Part shown: positions 44,811 to 55,837 of the stretch, piece after piece
Numbering within the stretch: position 1 is the first letter of the stretch
Layout: each line of letters starts with the position of its first letter
Source: the human T2T-CHM13v2.0 reference genome, Homo sapiens
Length of the DNA: 64,000 nucleotides
Reading direction: 5' to 3' (one strand)
Assembly (NCBI RefSeq): GCF_009914755.1
Contig: NC_060936.1
The notes under the pieces: generated by a model
Database searches by the model: none
Told to the model about the DNA's origin: nothing
The model's input: only the letters and a program-made list of their open reading frames with translations
Made by a program: the position numbers and the translations under genes

Positions 44811-47800
44811 GTGGGGAGAATGGTATCATTATGGCGATGGGAGGCAGGACTAGATTGCAGCTCCAACTCGGATAGACAGAGCAGTGTGTGGAGGCTTGCA
44901 TGATGAATTTTAGCTCCAGATCGACTGCAAGAATAAACCAGGAATTCTGAAAGGACCCACCCCACGGACCCTCTGAAGGAAGCAGATTGCTCCTGCAGGA
45001 CACCGGAGACACTCCAAACACTGAGTGCTCCAACTGTGGAAATGGAAAAGGGAGATCCTCTTCTCCCAAACACACACCCACACTGGGGAAACTGAACGTC
45101 TGTTTGAGGGAGAAGTTTCCAAACTTACCTAGAGCTGAGTCAATCTAGAGAGCCTAGTCAAATACAAGCGTAGAGGAAGCAGAGGGAAAGGCCCTGGGAG
45201 CTCACTGAGTCTCCAAGCAGGCCATTCCTGCCTAGCACCACAGGGATCCTTTGGGAGGGTGCCCAGAGGCATGGGGGAAGATGTCAAAGGCAGAAGGAAA
45301 TCTCCAGCTGAACTTTGTAACAATTTAAGCTGGGCGAGAAGCCTCCTGGCCAGAACTTGGGGGAAGGCACAAATCTGGTGTGCAGACTCCATAGGTGGGG
45401 AAAGAACCAAAGCTCTGTTCTTTTGCAGCTGGGAGGTGGGTAGCCTGGAGCAAGTTCTTAAGTCTAGCTCACCCACCACCTGGAAACAGACTCGGGGCTG
45501 TTGGGGCAGGGCACAGGGGGAGTAAGACCGCCCCTTTGAATTGCATGGCAGTTCGGTGAGGCCTGTGACTGCCAGCTTTCCCCCACTTCCCTAACAACCT
45601 TCATGACTCAGCAGAGGCAGCCATAATCCTCCTAGGTTCACAACTCCATTGACGTGGGAACCTCACCCCCAACCCCCACAGCAACCCGCCCAAGGAGAGT
45701 CTGAGCTCAGACATGCCTAGCCCTGCCCCCACCTGATGGTCCTTCCCTACTCACCCTGGTAGCTGAAGACAAAGGACATATACTCTTGGGAGTTCTAGGG
45801 TCCTGCCCACTGCTGGGTACTACCACAGCTGATGCTCTCTGGAAAGTGCCACCTCCCAGCAGGAGTCCAACCAGCACAAAAATAGAGCATTAAACCACCA
45901 AAGCTAAGAATCCTCACTGCCACCTCCACCAGAATAAGTGCTGGTATCCACAGCTGAGAGACCCATAGACGATTCACATCACAGGACTCTGTGCAGACAA
46001 TCCCCAGTACCAGTACCAGCTCAGAGCTGGGTAGACTTGCTGGGTGGCTAGACCCAGAAGAGATAACAATCACTGCAGCTTCACAGGAAGACACATCTAT
46101 AGGAAAAGGGGTAGAGTATTACATCAAAGGAATACCCTGTGGGAAAAAGAATCTGAACAGCAGGATTCAGCCCTAGACCTTCCCTCTGACAGAACCTACC
46201 CAAATGAGAAGGCACCAGAAAACCAGCTCTGGTAACATGAGAAAATAAGGCTCTTTAACACCCCCCAAAAATCATACTAGTTCACCAGCAATGGATCCAA
46301 ACCAAGAAGAAATCCCTGATTTACCTGAAAAAGAATTCAGGTGGTTAGTTATTAAGCTAATCAGGGAGACACCAGAGAAAGACAAAGCCCAATGCAAGGA
46401 AATCCAAAAAAAGATATAAGAAGTGAAGGGAGAAATAGTCAAGGAAATAGATAGCATAAAGAAAAAACAATCAAAACTTCAGGAAACACTGGATGCATTT
46501 ATAGAAATGCAAAGTGCTTTGGAAAGTCTCAGCAATAGAACTGAACAAGTAGAAGAAAGAAATTCAGAGCTCAAAGACAAGGTCTTCGAATTAACCCAAT
46601 CCAACAAAGACAAAGAAAGAAGAATGAGAAAATATGAACAAAGCCTCCAAGAAGTCTGGGATTATGTTAAATGACCAAACCTAAGAATAGTTGGTGTTCT
46701 TGAGGAAGAAGATAATTCTAAAAGCTTGGAAAACATATTTGGGGGAATAATTGAGGAAAACTTCCCTGGCCTTGCTGGAGACCTAGACATCCAAATACAA
46801 AAAGCTCAAAGAACACCTGGGAAATTCATCATAAAAAGATCATCGCCTAGGCACATTATCATCAGGTTATCTAAAGTTAAGATGAAGGAAAGAATCTTAA
46901 GAGCTGTGAAACAAAAGCACCAGGTAACCTATAAAGGAAAACCTATCAGATTAACAGCAAATTTCTCAGCAGAAACTCTACAAGGTAGAAGGGATTGGGA
47001 CCCTATCTTCAGCCTCCTCAAACAAAACAATTATCAGCCAAGAATTTTGTATCTGGTGAAACTAAGCATCATACATGAAGGAAAGATACAGTGTTTTTGA
47101 GACCAAGAAATGCTGAGAGAATTCATCACTACCAAGCCAACATTACAAGTACTGCTAAAAGGAGCTCTAAATTTTGAAACAAATACTGGAAACACATCAA
47201 AACAGAACCTCTTTAAAGCATAAATCACAGAGGACCTATAAAACAAAAATACAACGTAAAAAGCAAAAACAAAATAACAACAACAACAAAAAAAAAAGCC
47301 AAAGTACACACGCAACAAAGAACATGATGAATGCAACGGCACCTCACATTTCAATACTAACATTGAATGTAAATGGCCTAAATGCTCCACATAAGAGATA
47401 CAGAACCGTAGAATGGATAAGAACTCACCAACCAACTCTCTGCTGCCTTCAGGAGACTCATCTAAGACATAAGGACTCACATAAACTTCAAGTAAAGGCA
47501 TGGAAAAAGGCATTTCATGCAAATGGACACAAAAAGCCAGCAAGGGTAGCTATTCTTCTATCAGAAAAAACAAACTTTAAAGCAACAGCAGTTAAGAGAC
47601 AAAAAGGGACATTATATAATGGTAAAAGGCCTTGTCCAAAAGGAAAATATCACAATCCTGAACATATATGCACCTAACACTGGAGCTCCCAAATTTATAA
47701 AACAATTACTAATGACCTAAGAAAGGAGATAGACACCAAGAAGAAAGTTCAAGTATATATATATATATATATACATATATATATGTATATATATATGTAT

Positions 47801-47856
47801 ATATATATATATACACACACACACACATACACACACACACACACATATATAGTATT

Positions 47857-47914
<58 letters not shown>

Positions 47915-48171
47915 AATACTACTCAGCCATAAAAAGGAATGAATTAATGGCATTTGCAGTGACCTGGATGAGATTGGAGACTATTATTCTAAGTGAAGTA
48001 ACTCAGGAATGGAAAACCAGACATCCTATGTTCTCACTGATATGTGGGAGATAAGCCATAAGGACACAAAGGCATAAGAATAATACAATGGACTTTGGGA
48101 ACTTGGGGGGAAGCCTAGGAGGGGGCTGAGGCATAAAAGACTATAAATAGAGTACAGTGTATACTGCTCGG
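44811..48171 (+). mobile_element. L1PB element (L1PBa-type 5' UTR, ORF1, start of ORF2, large internal deletion, truncated L1PB 3' end)
   Basis: 5' end atggcgatgggaggcaggactagattgcagctcc; ORF1 pieces (ORFs 46423.., 46726..); ORF2 start MMNATAPHISILTLNVNGLN. After the microsatellite it jumps to gatggaatactactcagccataaaaaggaatg and ends at gtatactgctcgg without a poly-A. Confidence 0.88.
47753..47921. repeat. Compound (TA)n/(CA)n microsatellite ending in a 72-bp perfect palindrome
   Basis: tagtattccatc-(AT)24-gatggaatacta at 47850-47921, preceded by a mixed TA/CA tract. Confidence 0.93.
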
Positions 48172-48179
48172 TATAGAGC

Positions 48180-49110
48180 TCCTGCAATAATTCATAGGAG
48201 ACGTGATGGTGTCTTGGACCACAGTAGTAGTGGTAGATTGGTGGGAAGTGGTTTAATTTGGCATATATTTGGAAAATAGAGCTGATAGAATTTGCTGATA
48301 TGGAGTTTTGAAAAACAAAACTAAAAAAAAATAGTGGAGCTGGAGCTTTTGACTCTAATGTTTTGTACTTGAGCAAATAGAAGACAAGAGGTGCCACTGA
48401 TTGAGATGGAGACTATAAGAAGAGTAAGTTTAGATAAGGTGAATCAAGTATTTAAATGTAGATATGTTATATTTAAGGTACCTAATGAACATTCAAGAGG
48501 ACATATAGAAAGGACAGCTAGATTTATAAGTCTGAGGTGAACAGAGGTCCATATGGGCATGGGAATATGGGGGTAACAGGCATATAGACCACACTGAAAG
48601 CCAGGAAAGCATAGGGATTCCCTAGGGAATTATTACAGACAAAAAAAAAAGGCACTTTGACATTTTGAGGCACAGCAAAGGAAACCAGTGTGGCCAGGGA
48701 GACTAGAGAAGAAAAAAGTGAGAGTGGTGTCTCAAAAGCCTCGTGACGAGGATGGTGCCTCAAAAAAGAGGGAGTGATCAACTGTATCAAACGCCATTGA
48801 CAGGTTAAGTAAGATGAAGAATTAATCTCTGGATTTAGCAAAATTCAGAGATTATGCTATTTCAGAAAACTTTTTAGGGGACCCTAAAGCTATTTCAGAA
48901 AACTTTTTAGGGGAGAAAGCTGGCTTGAAGAAGGTTCAAGAGAGAATGGCAAAGAGAAGAAACAGACAATAAATGGAGACACTTTGAAAGAAATGGGAAG
49001 GTAAATGCTGAGAGACATGTCAAGAGATTTTTTCTTCATTTTTACTGGTGAGAAATACTATACGTGCTTGTATGCTGCTGCGGATAATCTTGTAAAAAAG
49101 GGAAATTAGC
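48180..49110 (-). mobile_element. L2 LINE fragment
   Basis: tatatttggaaaatagagctgatagaatttgctga, tgagcaaatagaagacaagaggtgccactgattgagatgg, gaagaaggttcaagagagaatgg. Confidence 0.7.
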
Positions 49111-49149
49111 CAAAATTGAAAGAGAAAAGAAACTGGAATAAAAAAGAAG

Positions 49150-49800
49150 CCATAAAGCAAAACACAGATTAACTTTACATTTTAACTATATAAAAATTAA
49201 ATCTTTTTCAATGGAAAAGACACCATAAATAAACAACCAATGACATTCTATAAGACAAAATAAAATGCATAATACATCAGAGGTTAATATCCACAATATA
49301 TGAAGTGCACCTATAAGTCAATAAGAAAAATCAACTAGATGGATTTTTCTTATTGACGTATAGATCTGCCAATCAGATTAGCAAAAATTAAGCAGATTAA
49401 TAATATGCAGTGTCAATCATAATGTGGGGAAATATGCACTCTGATACATGATTTGCAGCAACATAAATTGACAAGAGCTTTTTTAAAAGGCAGCTTGGTG
49501 AAACTACCAACACCTTAAATGTGCATACTCTTTAAATGAGCGATTCCGAATCTAAAAATCTGTCCTACTCAAATAATAGCACAAATTGGCAATGACATAT
49601 GTAGAAGGTGCTCACAGATTTATTTAAAATAGTGAAAAACTGATAAAATTCCAATTATTCATTCATATAGAAAATGTAATACATCCATATTCTAGAACAC
49701 TATGCCACTCTGCAAAAGAATGAGGCTCTGACATGAAACAATACCATAGTGTACTATTAAGTAAACAAAAAGGCTGTGTATAATCACATTTTGTTTAACA
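49150..49800 (+). mobile_element. L1ME-like 3' fragment
   Basis: aaaagacaccataaataaac, ttaatatccacaatatatgaag, aaatgtgcatactcttt, gaacactatgccactctgcaaaagaatgagg. Confidence 0.6.
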
Positions 49801-50769
49801 AAACTCTGTATGTGTATGTGTGTGTCCGTACATATATAACATATGTATGAAGTAAATTGATATTTTAAGATAAAAAAGAAAAAGGTAAACCACCTGTCGA
49901 GAATATAAATTATTTAGAAACTACAAAGAATGAATAAAATACCAACTTGTTTGCTTTTTTTATCCAAAAGACACCAGCCAGAGAGTCCCTTTTATCTTCT
50001 TGTTTAACAACAAGTATTCATTATTTAATCAATTCAACTAATGAGTTCTATAATAATAAAGTGTATTTGCATTTTTAAACAATAACATCAGCAAACGCAT
50101 CATCCCATTGCTAAATACCTGTCAGTTCTCAACATAATGAGGCAAGAACCCAATTGTTGCTATCATGTCCCCACTTTTAGAAATTATTAGAAATAACACC
50201 TGTATTGAATTCCTAAACCTAAGCCACTAAAAGTAGCCTTTAGTAACAGTGATGGTGATACAACACCCTACAAACAATAACAGCCATTAAGGAGTTAAAT
50301 TACTTCAGCAAAAGTTAAATTTTCATTAGCATAATTCACTCAGGTTTTTTAAAATAGATAAGTAATCCATCAAAAACTTGTGAAGAGAAAAATAAGTAAT
50401 GATATAAAAGACGTGTACCTGACACATGGTTAGTACTCAATAACATTAGCTATCATTAATAGAAAGGAAGATATGTCAAAAGGAATCAATCCATAATTCA
50501 ATTCTGATATTTTTGAAACAGAATGTCTTCAAAATCAGTCACCATTAAAATGCACAAAATCGTATGAATACAGGAAACTACCTGAAAATATGATAATTGT
50601 ATAGTTGTAAGTTTTTATAATGAACACTGGGCATACTTTGATCAATCATTTTTCTAAAAACAGTCATATTCACTTCAGGAAATCCACTGTTCCCCACTGG
50701 ATGGAGTCTCAGTAGGACACAGCCCTGGCTCCCCCCGTTGTCCCCTTCCTGCCTCCCTACCAAGGCTCG

Positions 50770-51010
50770 GCACAGCAGGATGGTTGAACATCTAACCCTA
50801 AAGCCAGATCACTGGGTTCACATTCAGGCACCCCTCCTAGTAATAGTAAGCTACTTCACCCCTATGTGTTTCATCTGGTTAATCCACTGTATGATAGTAC
50901 TTGCCTCATTGGATTTTTGTGAGGATTTGAATGAGCTGACTTAAGAAAGCACTCAGAACAATACTCAGTACATACAAAATACTCAGGAAAAGTAGTAGAT
51001 GTCAGCTATC
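50770..51010 (+). mobile_element. MIR SINE
   Basis: ctgggttcacattcaggcac...gtacttgcctcattggatttttgtgaggatttgaatgag...aaagcactcagaaca. Confidence 0.7.
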
Positions 51011-51179
51011 ATTTCCATTTCAAAAAGGAAAGGGCTCATGTCTTCCCTCTGTCTTCTCTTGGTACAATTGGAGGCAAGACCATGACACACTCTTCCAACA
51101 AACACGCTTTCCTGAGACAGAATCTGATGCAGCGCAGCAAGGAAGGGAGGAGCAGGTAGTACCTCCTTGTGCTGGCAGC

Positions 51180-51196
51180 AACAGCACCCCGGTCAG
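51180..51196 (+). promoter_or_regulatory. Candidate RE1/NRSE (REST) site
   Basis: AACAGCACCCCGGTCAG vs TTCAGCACCnnGGACAG, with canonical 2-bp half-site spacing. Confidence 0.4.
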
Positions 51197-51994
51197 TTAT
51201 GCTAAGGTCACTGTGCATTTTGCTTCCTGTTTGCTGACCCATCAGGGTACTTCTCGTTATTTCCTAGCTCTAATTCTGGCATCACAGCCTCCCATTAGTT
51301 CTGTAAACTGCCCTCCCATCTGCAACCTCCCCAGATCACCTTTCAACCAAGAGTTCTAACCAACACATTAAAATTATGACTACCGGGAAAATACATAATT
51401 GGAATAAAATGTACCAACATTTTAAACACAATTGTTTGAGTGATAGAACTATGAGTAATTTTTAACCTTATTTTTATTATCCTTTATTTTCCCTTCTGTC
51501 ATTAATGAGCATTTACTACCCTAAATTGAAAATCACATTATAAATCCCAGGAACATAATTTGTCACACTTGAACATATCTTGTCTCCCTGATTTGTTAGA
51601 ATTTTGAGAGTTAGCTGGAATCAGAAATAAAGTTAACCTTTTATAGTAATTTATGCCCTTGTTAGTCAAATATCCTTTGCATTGGCAGAAACATAAACTA
51701 ACTTAAGATTAGGTTTCCGAGAAATAGGCAACGGTGGCAGGGCATCATTCATTTTAACAACCTCCTTCATCACTCAAGATCAAAGGATAAAAATAGGGTC
51801 ATGTCTCATATGACAAAAAGGTTGCACACAACATGAAATGAGAATTTTTTCTGCTGCCTTAAATTAAGCCTAAATAGGAAAATGATCAGACCATCTCAGT
51901 ACATTAAGCTACAGCCCAGATACAAATTAGTCACCTAAAGAAAAGCCATATGTACTTCTAGTGCCAAATATATATTATCAGTGTAGCTTATGGA

Positions 51995-52205
51995 TGGTAC
52001 AATTGCAAAGTAGTTACATGCACAGGCTTTGGAATTGAAAATACAGCTCAGCCTCTCACTACTACCTGTGACCTAGGTAGATCATCTAACCTCTCAATGC
52101 TTCAGTTTCCTCACCTGTTCAAGAAGGATTCAATGTGATAATCCACACTAAGCAAGATGCCTGAAACATAGCAAGCACTCAGTAAATGGTAACTATTTTT
52201 ATTAT
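51995..52205 (+). mobile_element. MIR SINE
   Basis: tcactactacctgtgacctaggtagatcatctaacctctcaatgcttcagtttcctcacctg ... gcaagcactcagtaaatggtaactatt. Confidence 0.75.
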
Positions 52206-52644
52206 TGGTCAATAATCCCAATTTGGCATCATTTATAAGGTCCAGATTCTTAAGGCTGATTCTGTGAATAACGAGCAATTTGAATATGTTTTTTAAGTGC
52301 AAGAATGCAGAAGCCAGGAAATAAACAAGGCAAAAACAGATTAATCCACTCTAGTGGATTAATCCAACTAGTGGATATCACTGGTATGCGGGGACTCTAG
52401 TATAATGAAATATAAAGAGTGAACTACAGTGGTAGAGCCAAAATTATTGTGAGTTAGGTGGCTTTCCTCATTTATTATAGAAAATTGGCTGTTTCATCTT
52501 GCCACTTCCAGTGATTCCCTCACATGTTAAGGGAGATGGGAGAGCAAGTAGAAAAGGGTGCATTTTCTAGCATCCCTTATTAGAAATATCTTTTCTGATA
52601 TTTTTGTTAATTCATTTATTCTAATGGTATTTGTTCATTCGGAA

Positions 52645-52890
52645 GACAGTATAATGCAGCAATTTAAGAGGACTCAGAGTCTCTTAATCCTGTCCCCACA
52701 GTTTACTAACTGTGATAACAGGCAAGTTAAAAATTCTCTCTAAGCCTCAGTTTCCCCCCTCCCCATCCAAAGAGGATAATAAGAGTTGTAAATTTCTGAT
52801 TATTTTAACAATTAAATGAACTAAAAGTTGTAAGTGCTTACTTTGCACAATTCTTAGTAAAGAGTAAGCACTCCATATGTCATTATTATG
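52645..52890 (+). mobile_element. MIR SINE
   Basis: tttactaactgtgataacaggcaagttaaaattctctctaagcctcagtttccc ... agagtaagcactccatatgtcattatt. Confidence 0.75.
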
Positions 52891-54484
52891 ACTTGCATTT
52901 CCTATGATACAATTATACATTCTATTAAAATATCAGCAAAATTTCAGGATGGGTTTTAACTTAACTAAGTATGAATTTCATGGACAGAAAGTGTTTTAAC
53001 AAGAATCTACTGAACTAATGGTGCTTAAATCTCATCTATGATATTCCTGTCAACATGATTATCTAGTTTGAATATATCCAGTGACCAACAATCAGAACTT
53101 CCTGACACAGACCATTTTGTTTTTAATTTTAAATAATTTTTCTTACATTAAGCCCTAAAGAAAAGAGGTTTCTTAATAATAACTTTTTAGTTTAATTATT
53201 CCAACAAATATTTACTATGGTACTGAGAATCTGTCAATAAACAAGGCCAAACAACTCTGTAGCTTAAAGACCCTCAGTAATAAACACATTATTAAGTGAA
53301 AATTAGGTTTAGCTGTTTCAAAACTAATAATAACACTACTACAAAAGTTTTGTTACAAGAAAAGGAATGCAGCCAAATCATTGAGGATAACAAAACTTTT
53401 TCATGAATAATATAGCTAGGAGCCAAAATTGTATCACCAAGAGATAAGATCAGTAGCAAATTGAATTAATTCATAATTGAAGCCCTAGCATCCAACATGA
53501 TGGCTTGAATAACAACCTATCTTATTACCCTACATAACTGAGCTTAATATAAAATACAAGGAAAAAATGACCACTTGTAAATTACAGGTAATTTATTATT
53601 CTTAATGATGAGGCCAGCAAAACACAAACAAATCCTAAGAAAGAACACTTGGAGCTATGATTCTGGAGATAAGAATTAAGTGGCATTGCATATATTTTTA
53701 AAACATCGATTTTCAAAAGGTCCTATGTGAATATTAAGAACAGGTATTAAAAAAAGAAGGAAAGGGTATAATAAAGCACTGATAATAAGTGCGGTAGGGG
53801 TAGCCAAAAGAGTTAGGGAGTTAAAACAAGCCATTGGATAAAGGGTAGTATCTGCTTAATGCTTAGCTTTCTCATTATCTCAACTCAGTTGTGACTGAAA
53901 CCAAACAGGTAGAAATTAGAGAAAGACATGGAGAGAAAGGGTTCAGAGAAGTGGCAGGCTCAAGGAACATGAGCCTTCCCTATTGCATCAAGGATGGTCA
54001 TATCATAAAAGCATACTGTTGTAAGGTTGGGGACCCACTGGGGAATATAGTCTGCTTTAATGATCTGAAAATGCACATAGCAGATGTGCAAAAAATTTGG
54101 CTGGCTCACAAATTTTACAAGGGTTTCATAGATTCTACAAAGTCCATTCATGGGCTTCGTTAAGTATTTCTGAATAATAGGAAATAAAAGCAGAAAGAGT
54201 GAAGGCTTATGGCTAGTTGCAAAAGACCTGACAACTTGGCCAGTTGTGTATATACATAAATATATAATTTTTCTGATATAAAATAATAGGTTGCAATTAG
54301 ACAAAATTACAGAAAATACATAAAAGGATGAGGAAGAAAATTAAAATCATTAATGGTATCGCTCCTTGAAGGTATCATTAAGTATCGCTCCTTGAAGGTC
54401 TGAAAAACTCAACATTAAAAAAATAAAGTTAAGGTCTAATGACTTCAGGATGAAAGGATGAAAAAATCCAATTCTTTGACAAAT

Positions 54485-54745
54485 TTTTATTCCATCATTC
54501 CATCTAGGAATTCCATCCTAGATGGAATGATGGAATAAAACCATTCCATCCTAGATGGAATGATGGAATAAAATCATTCCATCCTAGATGGAATGATGGA
54601 ATAAAAGCATTCCATCCTAGATGGAATGATGGAATAAAAGCATTCCATCCTAGATGGAATGATGGAATAAAAGCATTCCATCCTAGATGGAATGATGGAA
54701 TAAAATCATTCCATCCTAGATGGAATGATGGAATAAAAGCATTCC
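54485..54745. repeat. 33-bp palindromic minisatellite, 7 units plus a partial, preceded by one inverted partial unit
   Basis: Unit [c/t/g]cattccatcctagatggaatgatggaataaaa starts at 54510, 54541, 54574, 54607, 54640, 54673 and 54706. 54485-54509 is the reverse complement of the unit's last 25 nt. Confidence 0.96.
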
Positions 54746-54829
54746 CTCAGATTTTCTGTACTGTTTTTGAGTTGGGATTCTAATATGTGATTTCATAGAA
54801 AATCATTCACTACATCTAAATTTTCAAAT

Positions 54830-55837
<1,008 letters not shown>

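Noticed and set aside
44783-45479. L1 ORF0-like antisense ORFs in the L1 5' UTR
   Set aside because: ORF0 is described for younger L1PA families. This is an L1PB-type UTR and the peptides show no ORF0 resemblance that I can recognise.
47717-47953. Low-complexity YI/CV-repeat ORF
   Set aside because: Translation of the TA/CA microsatellite.
53891-54304. Overlapping 90-aa and 114-aa ORFs as a processed pseudogene
   Set aside because: No recognisable protein similarity, poly-A tail or TSD.
54485-54745. CRISPR-like array (33-bp palindromic direct repeats)
   Set aside because: The units are directly adjacent with no unique spacers, there are no cas genes, and the context is a mammalian intron. 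It is a minisatellite.
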